DNA from: Candidatus Gastranaerophilales bacterium
GTDB taxonomy: Bacteria; Cyanobacteriota; Vampirovibrionia; Gastranaerophilales; Gastranaerophilaceae
NCBI GenBank assembly: GCA_900766355.1
Contig: CAAFVD010000064.1
Coordinates: 100,585-164,584, forward strand
DNA: 64,000 nucleotides
Direction: 5' to 3'
A model generated the notes under the pieces. It was not told the DNA's origin, made no database searches, and saw nothing but the letters and a program-made list of their open reading frames with translations. Both the position numbers and the translations under genes were made by a program. Shown one piece after another: positions 9,587 to 20,049 of this stretch. Positions within the stretch are counted from its first letter, which is position 1. Every line of letters starts with the position of its first letter.

Positions 9587-12500
9587 GTTTTTTCTCCTGT
9601 ATTTTTTGTATGCCTTTTTTAACTAGCCCTAGTCCTGATTTGCTGAGAGTTTTTAATCCACCAGCATAATACCAATCTTTCATTTTGTTAATAAGAACAA
9701 AGAATGCTGGAACTAGGATACTACCAATAAACGATACGGCAATCATACCACCAAAAACTGTCATACCTATAGAATGACGACTTCCTGCACCTGCACCATG
9801 TGCAAATACTAATGGTAGCAAACCTAAAATAAACGCAATATTTGTCATCATAACGGCTCTAAATCTTAGTTTAGCAGCTTGCATTGCTGCATCAATATAA
9901 TTCATACCGTCTTTTTCCATAGCATCTTTAGCAAACTCAACAATCAAAATTGCTTGTTTTGTACCTAAACCTACTAACATAACCAAACCGATTTGAGCAT
10001 ATATATCTAGTGAGTATCCTGAAACATATTGGAAGAATAACGCACCAACAAGAGCTACAGGAGATATTAGCATTACAGCGATAGGTAGTGTCCAACTTTC
10101 ATATAAAGCTACTAGGAATAAATATACAAAAGTTAAAGCCATTGCCAAAATTGGTCCGATTTGTCCAGAAGATTCTTTTTCTTGTAAAGATGTTCCTGAC
10201 CAGCTATATCCCATATCTTTTGGTAAAAGCTTATCAGACAATCGTTCCATTTCCTTCATAGCTTGTCCTGAACTTATATTGTTTGCAGGTGTTCCACTAA
10301 TCATGACTGATGGGTATAGGTTGTAACGTGTAATTGTATATGGTCCAACAATATTTTCTGTATGAGCAACTGAAGTTAGAGGAACCATATTACCTAAATT
10401 ATTTTTTACATACAATTTGCTCAAATCTGTAGGTTTAACACGATATGGAGCATCTGCTTGAATATATACACGATAAACTCTACCAAACTTGTTGAAATCG
10501 TTTACATAAGTAGAACCTAAGAAGCCTGCAAGCGTATTATAAATAGAAGATATATCAACACCTTGTGACATTGCTTTTTCTTCATCTATAACTATTTTAA
10601 GTTGAGGTAATGATGCACTATAAGTTGTAAATAATCTTGAAAACATAGGACTTTGAGAAGCCTCTGCCATGAATTTTTTACTAACATCAAACAACTGTTC
10701 AGGAGTTCTATCTCCTTTATCTAAAAGTCTGTATTCAAACCCACCAAACATACTCATACCTGAGATTGATGAAGGCGGGAAGGTTGCTACAGTAGCTTCT
10801 GTGAAATTAGCAAATTCTTTTTTTATTTCACGTTGAATAGCCTCCATAGATAATGATGCTTTTCGTCTGTGTGACCATTCATCTAGTTCAGATACAATAA
10901 GTACCATGTTTTCACCAGAAAAACCTGCAACTTCTAATGTACTTTTTACTCCAGGAATTTTCGCAATACGTTCAGCAACTTCAGCCCCTACAATATCACT
11001 TCGAGATACAGAAGCTCCGTCAGGAAGTTGTAATTGTGTGAATAATGCACCTTTATCTTCTGTAGGTAAGAAACCTTTTGGTATTAAGTAAAACATAAAT
11101 AAAATAAATACAAATACCAATAATAAAGTTTTAAGAGTCTTTTCTGGAGCTTCTACAAAATAACGAACTGTATTTAGATATTTGTCCCTAACTGAAAGAA
11201 ACCAATCATCAAACTTTTGTATAAATTCAAAGTCAGCTTTTTCAGAACCATCTTTTAGGATTATTGAACATAAAGCTGGTGATAATGTTAAAGCTACTAC
11301 TGTTGATAAACCTATAGACGTAGCTAGGCATAGTGCAAATTGTCTAAACATTTGTCCTGTAATACCCGTCATAAAAGATACAGGAACAAATACGGCCATT
11401 AAAACTAGAGATGTGGCAACAACCGCACCGAAAACTTCTTCCATCGTGATTTCGGTTGCCTCTTTTGGTGATTTACCGTCTTGAATGTGTCTTTGTGTGT
11501 TTTCAAGTACAACAATAGCGTCATCAACAACCAGACCAACTGCGAGAACTAATCCGAATAATATTAATAGGTTTATTGAAAATCCAAATAAGCCCATAAA
11601 TATAAATACTCCGATTAAAGATACAGGAATCGCACAGAACGGAATAAATGCAGAACGAGCAGTTCCTAAGAATAAATAAGTAACGATACTTACAAGTAAT
11701 ATTGCAAGCCCAATTGCACTAATAACTTCGTTGATAGACTCTCTAACAAACATTGTATCGTCATATTGTATGTTATAAGTAATATCGTTAGGGAATTTTT
11801 TACTCAATTCTTGCATCTTAGCTTTAGCTCTATTAACCAAATCTATTGAATTTGCATTTGGTAATTGAGTAATAGATATCATTGCACTATTTTTTCCTTC
11901 AACACGAGATATTGAAGAATAGTTGTTTGCACCCATTTCGACTCTAGCTATATCTTTAACTTTGACATTCGCACCGTTTGGTTTTGCTTTTACAATAATG
12001 TTTTCAAATTCTTCTACTGTTTTTAAACGTCCTTTTGTTCTCAATGTATATTTCAACACTTGAGGGTCTGTCATTGGTTCTACCCCAAGGTTACCAGCTG
12101 GAGCTTGCACGTTTTGTGCTGATATTGCATTTTGAACATCTGTCGATGAAATATTCAAACTAGCCATTTTTTGAGGGTTTAACCAAACTCTCATTGAGTA
12201 TTCACCAGCACCAAAAACTCCAACTTCTGCAACACCTTTTAATCTTGCTAGTTCATCTTTCAAGAACATTGTTGAGTAGTTAGCTAAGTATAATGAATCA
12301 TAAGTTCCATGAGGTGAACGAATAGACATCATTAAACATCCAGGGCCACCTGTAGATTTTTTTACGGTTAAGCCGTATCTTCTTACTTCTTCAGGTAATC
12401 TAGGAGTTACTAATTGTAGCTGGTTTTGTACGTTTACTAATGCCATATCAGGGTCTGTACCAACTGCAAAATATATTGTTAGTTTATAAGAATCGTTTCT

Positions 12501-12749
12501 TGAATCTGATGACATGTAAATCATGTTTTCAACACCATTCAATTGAAGCTCTACAGGTGCTGCAATTGTTGATGCAACTACATCAGAACTCGCACCGTTA
12601 TATGTTGCAGAAACAATAACCTGTGGTGGTGTAATTGATGGATATTCTTCAACAGGTAAGGATACCATTGCGATTAAACCTGCAAGAATAATTACAAGAG
12701 AAATAATGATTGCTAATTTTGGTCGTCTTACAAATAAATTTCCAGCCAC
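9579..12749 (-). CDS. RND multidrug efflux transporter (AcrB/HAE1 family)
   Basis: 1056 aa with the 12-TM AcrB architecture and the conserved MAGNLFVRRPKLAIIISL... N-terminus. Overlaps the OMP gene by 8 nt. Confidence 0.95.
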   Translation of the reverse strand: MAGNLFVRRPKLAIIISLVIILAGLIAMVSLPVEEYPSITPPQVIVSATYNGASSDVVASTIAAPVELQLNGVENMIYMSSDSRNDSYKLTIYFAVGTDPDMALVNVQNQLQLVTPRLPEEVRRYGLTVKKSTGGPGCLMMSIRSPHGTYDSLYLANYSTMFLKDELARLKGVAEVGVFGAGEYSMRVWLNPQKMASLNISSTDVQNAISAQNVQAPAGNLGVEPMTDPQVLKYTLRTKGRLKTVEEFENIIVKAKPNGANVKVKDIARVEMGANNYSSISRVEGKNSAMISITQLPNANSIDLVNRAKAKMQELSKKFPNDITYNIQYDDTMFVRESINEVISAIGLAILLVSIVTYLFLGTARSAFIPFCAIPVSLIGVFIFMGLFGFSINLLILFGLVLAVGLVVDDAIVVLENTQRHIQDGKSPKEATEITMEEVFGAVVATSLVLMAVFVPVSFMTGITGQMFRQFALCLATSIGLSTVVALTLSPALCSIILKDGSEKADFEFIQKFDDWFLSVRDKYLNTVRYFVEAPEKTLKTLLLVFVFILFMFYLIPKGFLPTEDKGALFTQLQLPDGASVSRSDIVGAEVAERIAKIPGVKSTLEVAGFSGENMVLIVSELDEWSHRRKASLSMEAIQREIKKEFANFTEATVATFPPSSISGMSMFGGFEYRLLDKGDRTPEQLFDVSKKFMAEASQSPMFSRLFTTYSASLPQLKIVIDEEKAMSQGVDISSIYNTLAGFLGSTYVNDFNKFGRVYRVYIQADAPYRVKPTDLSKLYVKNNLGNMVPLTSVAHTENIVGPYTITRYNLYPSVMISGTPANNISSGQAMKEMERLSDKLLPKDMGYSWSGTSLQEKESSGQIGPILAMALTFVYLFLVALYESWTLPIAVMLISPVALVGALFFQYVSGYSLDIYAQIGLVMLVGLGTKQAILIVEFAKDAMEKDGMNYIDAAMQAAKLRFRAVMMTNIAFILGLLPLVFAHGAGAGSRHSIGMTVFGGMIAVSFIGSILVPAFFVLINKMKDWYYAGGLKTLSKSGLGLVKKGIQKIQEKKHD

Positions 12750-13963
12750 TATTTTCTCCCTATTCCTTTTATTTTATTGAAAATTCTTATAAAAATATTT
12801 TGTTTTTGTTCTTGTTTTTGGTCGGTAACTTCTTGTTCTACAATTTTTACAGGCATACCTGTAACAACCTTTTGTAATCCTGAAGTTATAACAGTATCAC
12901 CTATTTTTAAACCGCTATCAACTAATGTGTATTCGCCTTCTTGTCCAAGAGTTTTTATATAAACCAGTTTTGGTAAGTTGTTACTGTCTAACATATATAC
13001 AAATTTACCTTCTTGGTTTTCTTGTACAGCTTTTGAAGGGATTGTAGGGACTGCAAAATCATTGTTTGAATATATAATTATACGTCCAAAATCTCCTGAT
13101 ATAAGTCCGTCATCTTCGTTTGAGAAAGTCGCACGCATTGTAATCGTACCAGTTGATTCGTCAACTCTATTATCTCTAAAGTCTTGTACCCCAAAGTGCG
13201 AATACTTGTTACCTGAGCTATAAACATATTCTACTTTTCTGTTTACATTAGCACTTCCATCAATTGTTGTAAGTGTTGAAAATTGGTCTGTATCAAGAGG
13301 AAATGTTACGTACATAGGTCTTGTACTGTATATTGTTGTTAATGCACCAGAATTAATTGTTACATAGTTGCCTACTGTAACTGTAATAATTCCGACTCTA
13401 CCTGAAACAGGCGCTTTTACTTTAGTATAAGATAGATTTCTCATCGCATCTCTATAGTTCATCTCTGCATAATTAGTAGATGCTCTGTATAAATCTCTTT
13501 GAGAAACTGCATTATCATATTCTGAACGTGCGATATAATCTTGTTTTACTAACTGTTGAGCCCTTCTCGCTTGTTTATCGTAATAAACCTGTTGAGCTCT
13601 AGCTTTTTGTACATCAGCTCTAGCTCTATCTACTGCTATTTGATATTCTTGTGGTTCAATTTCGAATAAAACTTGTCCAGCTTTTACGTAATCACCTTCT
13701 TTAAAATAGCTTTTTGTTAAGTATCCGTTTATTCTGGCATTAACTTGTATTTGTGATTTTGATGTTACACGAGCAGGTATTTCATAAGATTTTTTTCTAC
13801 TTGTTTCAAAAACCTTTGTAACTGTAACTGGTGGAGTCATTCCTGCTTTCATCTTTACTTGCATCATATGAGTTCCAAATGCTGCAAATAAGTATCTAAA
13901 CAATATTGCAGAAAAGATAATAGCCATTAATATAAAAATTTTTTTCTTCATATCCTCTCCCAA
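12749..13963 (-). CDS. RND efflux membrane fusion protein (AcrA/HlyD family)
   Basis: 404 aa with an N-terminal TM, a coiled-coil hairpin and beta-barrel/MP domains. Its stop overlaps the RND start. Confidence 0.85.
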   Translation of the reverse strand: MGEDMKKKIFILMAIIFSAILFRYLFAAFGTHMMQVKMKAGMTPPVTVTKVFETSRKKSYEIPARVTSKSQIQVNARINGYLTKSYFKEGDYVKAGQVLFEIEPQEYQIAVDRARADVQKARAQQVYYDKQARRAQQLVKQDYIARSEYDNAVSQRDLYRASTNYAEMNYRDAMRNLSYTKVKAPVSGRVGIITVTVGNYVTINSGALTTIYSTRPMYVTFPLDTDQFSTLTTIDGSANVNRKVEYVYSSGNKYSHFGVQDFRDNRVDESTGTITMRATFSNEDDGLISGDFGRIIIYSNNDFAVPTIPSKAVQENQEGKFVYMLDSNNLPKLVYIKTLGQEGEYTLVDSGLKIGDTVITSGLQKVVTGMPVKIVEQEVTDQKQEQKQNIFIRIFNKIKGIGRK

Positions 13964-14052
13964 GAAATATTCGTCTTTAAATATTATATTACAGAATAAG
14001 TCAAATTCATTTATTTAACATTTTGTAATATAATAAGTAGAAAAATCTACGA

Positions 14053-14105
14053 GTAGAAATTTCTACTATAACATTATCAAAACGAATATCTTGTGTCAAG
14101 ATATT
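14053..14105. promoter_or_regulatory. Two perfect palindromes in the divergent promoter region of the RND efflux operon
   Basis: GTAGAAATTTCTAC (14053-14066) and AATATCTTG-tgt-CAAGATATT (14085-14105) lie 60-110 bp upstream of the MFP start. Confidence 0.3.
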
Positions 14106-14166
14106 GTTCTTGAATGTAAAATTCGGTTAAAGAGCTTAAATTTAATGTTTGTTATAGAATATAGGT

Positions 14167-14592
14167 ATGAAAAATATTATATTAGATAAATCCCCAAGAA
14201 TTCTTGAGGCTATAGAGATTATAAAAAATACGAATTTTAATGATATTCCTGACGGTCGTTTAGAATATTCTAATGGTATATGGGCAAATCTTCAAACATA
14301 CTATACCAAACAAGACGCATTATTTGAAGCTCATAGAAAGTATATTGATATTCAATTTATCCTTGCAGGAACAGAAAAGATAGGTGTTTGTGATTATAAA
14401 ACATGTTCTGAGAATATACCTTATGATGCGGAGAAAGACATCGAGTTTTTAGATACTAAAGAGTTTGAATATATAGAAATGCATACAGGTGATTTCTTGA
14501 TTTTGTATCCAAAAGATGCACATAAACCATCTATATCTGTTGGGGAAGAGCCTTCTCATGTAAGAAAATTGGTTGTTAAAGTTCCTGTTTAA
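14167..14592 (+). CDS. YhcH/YjgK/YiaL family protein (DUF386; EbgC/TabA-like)
   Basis: 141 aa with a family-typical N-terminus and a cupin-like core (...IDIQFILAGTEKIG...HKP). Confidence 0.7.
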   Translation: MKNIILDKSPRILEAIEIIKNTNFNDIPDGRLEYSNGIWANLQTYYTKQDALFEAHRKYIDIQFILAGTEKIGVCDYKTCSENIPYDAEKDIEFLDTKEFEYIEMHTGDFLILYPKDAHKPSISVGEEPSHVRKLVVKVPV

Positions 14593-14594
14593 AA

Positions 14595-15233
14595 TTATTT
14601 TAAATTAGGGAATAAAAACAATTCACCATTTTCTCCACGCCATTGTATATAGCCTGTTTTTGCAATGCCTTCAATATCAAGAGCCGTAACTAAAGCCCAA
14701 TTTCCTTGAATAGCAGTTAATCGAATTTCTCGAGGTCTATTTAGTTTGCCTATTGTTTGTGAATTTTTATCGCTTTTAGAATGTAAGTCCATTATTGAGT
14801 TAGGAGATTCTTTAAGTATTCTTAATCCGTATTTACGGCCATACATATTATAAAAAGTTATCCAAGGTAAAAATTGAAAGTTATCTTCTTTGTATACCCA
14901 ACCTGAAGCTTTGTTTTGCTTGTTATAGATAACTTGTACGAAATCTTCGTCCATATCTGTAGCATAAACAAAAGAAAGTTCTTTTTTAGGAAGTAATACA
15001 GAGAATAAATTATCAGCATAACTTGTTGTTTCGACGTTCAAATAGTTCCAAGCTTTGTTATATATCATTTTTGAGTTTTTGTCGGCTTTAGAATATATAT
15101 TCAAAGATGTTGTTGGCTGATATACACCAACAGTCCCAAGTGGAATATCAGAAACTTTAACAGGAACAATATTCGCACTTGCTGATAGTGTAAATATAAC
15201 CAAACATAATAATGATAATATTATTTTTTTCAT
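14595..15233 (-). CDS. Hypothetical secreted protein
   Basis: 212 aa with an N-terminal signal peptide MKKIILSLLCLVIFTLSASA. Confidence 0.4.
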   Translation of the reverse strand: MKKIILSLLCLVIFTLSASANIVPVKVSDIPLGTVGVYQPTTSLNIYSKADKNSKMIYNKAWNYLNVETTSYADNLFSVLLPKKELSFVYATDMDEDFVQVIYNKQNKASGWVYKEDNFQFLPWITFYNMYGRKYGLRILKESPNSIMDLHSKSDKNSQTIGKLNRPREIRLTAIQGNWALVTALDIEGIAKTGYIQWRGENGELFLFPNLK

Positions 15234-15244
15234 TAAATAAACCT

Positions 15245-17725
15245 TTATTCTCTAAAAGATAATTCTGCAAAAGTTTTCTTTAAGTTTGCTCTTACGTTAG
15301 CCATTTGAGTTTCAATAGTTTCATCTGTAAGAGTTGTGTTAGCATCTAATAACTTGATTCTGCAAGCAATACTTTTGTATCCGTCTTGAACATGCTCACC
15401 TTGATAAATGTCAAAGACTTCACAACCATTAAATAAGTTGTTATTAACACCTTTTTTGATTGCTTTTTCTAAATCTGCATAAGATACATCTTGAGGAATT
15501 ATCATAGCCAAATCTCTTTGTACTTCTGGGAATTGAGGTAATTTTTTGTATCTAGGTGTTGATTCGTTTATGTTTGCAAACACCATATCCAAGTCAACCT
15601 TGAACAAGAAGGCGTCTTGTTTCATTTTTAATCTATCTCTCAATTCAGGATTAATTTGTCCATAATAACCGATAACTTCAGGACGTTTGCCTAATAACAT
15701 CATTACACCAGTTCTATAAGGGTGTAGAGATTTGTGAGTTTCAGCAAGTGGTGAATCTGCTAGGCTCACAAGTTTTATTCTTTTTGCTAAACCTAGTTCG
15801 TCCATTAAGTTATCTACAATACCTTTTACTGTATAAAAATCAACATCACCTGTTGACTGCCATTTAGAATTTTCTTTGGCACCTGTTATAATACCTTCAA
15901 GTATTTGTGTTTCTTTAACTCCTGCAGAACGTTCATCAGCTTCTGCAACCTTGTTGTATACTTTGCCAAACTCATAACCCCAGAAAACTTTTTGACCATT
16001 ATCATAATTGTTTTTCATACAGTTTAACAAGCTTGCAGCCATAGTTTGACGAAGCATAGTAAATTCTTCACTAGCTGGATATTCAACTTTTACTGCGTTG
16101 TCACTATCGTAAACAATATCAAATTGTTTTAATAGAGGTTCTCCTATTAATGATGGTGTAACAAGTTCGTTCAAACCTGCTGACAACATTAATTCATGGA
16201 TTTTTTTCTTAGTTCTTTCTTCTAAAGTTATAACAGGAGTAGAAGATTTGTTAGGTAATGTTGGTGCAATTTTATCGTAACCATTAATTCTTGCAATTTC
16301 TTCTATTAAATCAATTTCTCTTGTTACATCAGTTGCTCTGAAAGAAGGAACTTCAAATTTTGCTGCAGCTTCGTTTCCACCAAGCATTTTAAACCCTAAT
16401 CTTTCTAAGATAGTGATACATTTTGCTGAATCAATAGTACAACCTAAGATTTTATTAACTTGAGCGAATCTTAGTGTAATATCAATAGGGTCAAGTTTAT
16501 TAACTCCAGTTTCAACAATACCTTCAACTTGAGCTGAAGCATATTCGTTTAGTAGTTGCATTGCTCTCATTAAACCAGGTTTTATAGCTTCTATATCAAC
16601 ACCATGTTCAAATCTTGCACTAGCATCTGAACGATAACCAATACTTCTTGAACTTTTTCTGTTAGTAGCTGGAGTGAAATATGCAGCTTCTAAAGCTATA
16701 TTTTTAGTGTTATCATCAATTTCTGAATTAGCACCTCCGAATACACCAGCAGCGCAAACACCTTCTTTTTCTGTAGCAATTAAAACTGTGTCAGTTGTTA
16801 GTTCTCTTTCAACACCATCAAGAGTAACTAATTTTTCGCCATTTTCTGCACGTCTAACACATAAATAGTTGTTTAGCTTATCTCTATCAAATGCGTGTAA
16901 TGGTGTCCCGTATTCTAATAATACATAGTTAGTTATATCTACAACATTGTTGATAGGACGCATGCCAGAAGCAATCAATCTTTTTTGAATCCAATCAGGA
17001 GAAGATTTTATCTCAACACCACTCAATAATCCTATTGAATAATATTTACAAACACTATCGTCTTTTATTTCTACTTTGAAAGCGTCTGTTGATACATCTC
17101 TAGTAGCTTGTAAATAAGAGAATTTCAAAGGTCTGTCAAATATTGCAGAAAGCTCTCTAGCTACACCTACTACAGATAATTGGTCGCCACGATTTGCTGT
17201 TGGAGCAACATCTAAAATGATATCTTTTTCAAAACCTAAGACATCTTCAACCTTTTGACCAATTTGAACATCAGGAAATAATCTATTTAAAATTAATATA
17301 CCATCTTCTTCTTGATAGTTTCTGTCTGTAACACCTAATTCATCATCAGAACAAAGCATACCTTGAGATTCAACACCTCTGATAACGGCAGGGGTTAGAG
17401 TGAATTGTTCACCAGTATGTCTGTCTAACACATTACTTCCTACAGATGCATAAGGTATTATTTGACCTTCTTGAATGTTTTGAGCACCACATACTACAGT
17501 CTTTAAACCAGAACCATTATTAATTGTAACCAAATGAAGTTTATCTGCGTTTGGGTGGTTATCAATTTTTTCAATACGAGCAGTGATAATGTTCGAAAAT
17601 TGTGGCTTTAATTCTTCAACTGCTTCAACTTCTAAACCACTCATAGTAAGCTCATGAGCAATTCTTTCAACTTCTATATCTGACAAATCAACTAATTCAT
17701 TTAACCAATTTAAAGAAACCTTCAT
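15245..17725 (-). CDS. pheT: Phenylalanyl-tRNA synthetase beta subunit
   Basis: 826 aa with a tRNA-binding N-domain (MKVSLNWLNELVDL), B3/4 and B5 domains, and an FDX-ACB C-terminus. Confidence 0.95.
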   Translation of the reverse strand: MKVSLNWLNELVDLSDIEVERIAHELTMSGLEVEAVEELKPQFSNIITARIEKIDNHPNADKLHLVTINNGSGLKTVVCGAQNIQEGQIIPYASVGSNVLDRHTGEQFTLTPAVIRGVESQGMLCSDDELGVTDRNYQEEDGILILNRLFPDVQIGQKVEDVLGFEKDIILDVAPTANRGDQLSVVGVARELSAIFDRPLKFSYLQATRDVSTDAFKVEIKDDSVCKYYSIGLLSGVEIKSSPDWIQKRLIASGMRPINNVVDITNYVLLEYGTPLHAFDRDKLNNYLCVRRAENGEKLVTLDGVERELTTDTVLIATEKEGVCAAGVFGGANSEIDDNTKNIALEAAYFTPATNRKSSRSIGYRSDASARFEHGVDIEAIKPGLMRAMQLLNEYASAQVEGIVETGVNKLDPIDITLRFAQVNKILGCTIDSAKCITILERLGFKMLGGNEAAAKFEVPSFRATDVTREIDLIEEIARINGYDKIAPTLPNKSSTPVITLEERTKKKIHELMLSAGLNELVTPSLIGEPLLKQFDIVYDSDNAVKVEYPASEEFTMLRQTMAASLLNCMKNNYDNGQKVFWGYEFGKVYNKVAEADERSAGVKETQILEGIITGAKENSKWQSTGDVDFYTVKGIVDNLMDELGLAKRIKLVSLADSPLAETHKSLHPYRTGVMMLLGKRPEVIGYYGQINPELRDRLKMKQDAFLFKVDLDMVFANINESTPRYKKLPQFPEVQRDLAMIIPQDVSYADLEKAIKKGVNNNLFNGCEVFDIYQGEHVQDGYKSIACRIKLLDANTTLTDETIETQMANVRANLKKTFAELSFRE

Positions 17726-17836
17726 ATAAACCCTTTCTCTTTCCCCTATAATTCACTATTATTGTATCTCAAATAAAAAAAAATTACATCATAAAAAGTA
17801 TTGTACATTCATATTTCTTTATTCTAGGATAAGTGT

Positions 17837-18604
17837 ATGTTTCATTTTAAGTTTATAAATAAAAAACGAGTTATATATTCTGATTTTATACCTGAAACAG
17901 AACATTTCTTTACGACTAGAGAAACAGTAATACGTTCTCAAGAAGAAGATATGCATGAACTTGTTGAAGCAAATAAACAAGACATAGCTAATTATTTGAA
18001 GATAGATAAAGATTTATTAATATCTCCAACTCAGACTCATACAAGTAATGTTAGAATTGCAAGTAAGCGAATAAAAAAATATCCCAATACAGATGCTCTT
18101 ATTGATGATGATTCTTCTATTGCAATATATTTAAACTTTGCAGATTGTACTCCTGTCATACTTTATGACAAAAAACATAATGTTGGAGCTATTGCTCATG
18201 CTGGTTGGCGAGGAACTGCAGGACAAATTGTTCAAAAAACAGTAGATTTAATGAAAGAAGAATATTATACAAGTACAAAAGATTTGTATGCCGTAATTGG
18301 TCCAACAATAGCGATTTGTTGTTATGGAGTTGGGGAAGATGTTTTTGATCAATTGAAAGATTCAGTTTCTGTAATTGAACCTTATAATAGACAGATATAT
18401 GAAAAAATTTATGTTGATTTAAAAGGGATAAATAAACAACAACTTTTAGATATAGGTGTTGCTCGTCAAAATATTGATGTTTGTCCATATTGTACAAGTT
18501 GTAATAATGATATGTTCTTTTCTTATCGGAAAGAACAAGGGACAACTTCTCGACATAGTGCAGTTTTAAAAATAAAAAAACATAAAATAAAAAGACCGAT
18601 TTAA
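17837..18604 (+). CDS. pgeF: Peptidoglycan editing factor PgeF / YfiH (DUF152) family protein
   Basis: 255 aa carrying the HTSNV...ADCTPV...HAGWRGTAGQIV motifs. Confidence 0.8.
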   Translation: MFHFKFINKKRVIYSDFIPETEHFFTTRETVIRSQEEDMHELVEANKQDIANYLKIDKDLLISPTQTHTSNVRIASKRIKKYPNTDALIDDDSSIAIYLNFADCTPVILYDKKHNVGAIAHAGWRGTAGQIVQKTVDLMKEEYYTSTKDLYAVIGPTIAICCYGVGEDVFDQLKDSVSVIEPYNRQIYEKIYVDLKGINKQQLLDIGVARQNIDVCPYCTSCNNDMFFSYRKEQGTTSRHSAVLKIKKHKIKRPI

Positions 18605-18642
18605 AATCGGTCTTTTTTATATCTTATCTAAAACCTTTATGC

Positions 18643-19965
18643 TTATATAATTTCATTATATGCAGAAGGGTTTGTTAATAGGTCATAATTTATTTCGTTT
18701 TCGTTATCAGCAATTGCAGCTGCAACAACAGCATCTGATGTTACGTTGATTAAGGTTCTCATCATATCTGTCAATCTTTCTATAGTGAATAAGAAAGCAA
18801 AGCCTGCAACTAGTTGTTCAGGAGATAGTCCCATTCCGTTAAGAATAAGTGCTATTGTTATTAAACCTGCACCAGGAATACCCGCACAAGTACTAGATGC
18901 AACCATTGCTAATAATGCAATTTGAATAATCAAGAATGGTGTTAGAACAACTCCATAAGCTTGAGCAAGGAATATTACTGCAACAGTTTGAAGTAATGCT
19001 GTACCGTCCATACTTAATGTCGCACCTAAAGGTAGAACAAAGCTAGAAACTTTGTGAGAAATACCTCTTTTTTCACAACAAGCGATTGTTAAAGGTAGTG
19101 TAGCTGATGAACTCGCAGTACCAAATGCAACCATCATAGCTTCAGCTATAGCAGCATATAACATTAATATAGGAACTTTTGAGAATACTTTTAAGAATAG
19201 TGGATAAACAACAAATAACTGTAATCCAAAACCTATTGCAAGTACCAGTAAATATTTTGAAATGCTAGAGAATATATCTACACCAAAAGTCGAAACAGAA
19301 ACTGCAGTTAGTGCAAAAACACCTGGTGCAGCAAAGAACATTATCCAATCTGTAACCTTCATTGTAGCGGCAAAAACTGATTCAAAGAAGGAAACGATAG
19401 AACGATTTACATCTCCAACTTTAGCTAATGCGATAGAGAATATTAACGCAAATACGATAATTGGAACCATATCGCCTTTTGCTATTGATTCTAAAGGATT
19501 TTTTGGAACGAAACTCAAGAATAGATTTACGATATGACCTTTTTGAGCATCAATTGTTGTTGAAACTTGTGATTGAATCCCAACTGCAACATCATTGTTT
19601 ATGTAGTGTGCTGCCCCTAATCCAGGTTTGAATCCAAGAGCCAAAAATGCACCTATTGTAACGGCAGCAACAGTAATTATACCGTAATATAACACCATTT
19701 TTTTACCGAATTTACCAAGTTGTTTATTATCTCCAACACTGGTAATACCAATAACAATTGCTGATATAACTAACGGGATAACAACCATTTGAATAAGTCT
19801 AATAAATAATTGACCTACAAAAGTCAAAATATTCATAACAAATGGATTTGAATGGCTATGTAAAAGTGCACCAACAATAACACCAGCAACTAGCCCAAAA
19901 AATATGTGCCAATTTCTTTTAAAACCTAAACCTAGAGCAATTAGCACTTGCATGTGTAGTTTCAT
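18643..19965 (-). CDS. Dicarboxylate/amino acid:cation symporter (DAACS/GltP family)
   Basis: 440 aa polytopic protein with conserved family hairpin motifs. Confidence 0.8.
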   Translation of the reverse strand: MKLHMQVLIALGLGFKRNWHIFFGLVAGVIVGALLHSHSNPFVMNILTFVGQLFIRLIQMVVIPLVISAIVIGITSVGDNKQLGKFGKKMVLYYGIITVAAVTIGAFLALGFKPGLGAAHYINNDVAVGIQSQVSTTIDAQKGHIVNLFLSFVPKNPLESIAKGDMVPIIVFALIFSIALAKVGDVNRSIVSFFESVFAATMKVTDWIMFFAAPGVFALTAVSVSTFGVDIFSSISKYLLVLAIGFGLQLFVVYPLFLKVFSKVPILMLYAAIAEAMMVAFGTASSSATLPLTIACCEKRGISHKVSSFVLPLGATLSMDGTALLQTVAVIFLAQAYGVVLTPFLIIQIALLAMVASSTCAGIPGAGLITIALILNGMGLSPEQLVAGFAFLFTIERLTDMMRTLINVTSDAVVAAAIADNENEINYDLLTNPSAYNEII

Positions 19966-20049
19966 TAAATAAATCCTCTCATAATTTTAACCATTATATT
20001 ACTCAAATATTGTACTAAATTATATTAAATATTTCAAGTAAAGATATAA

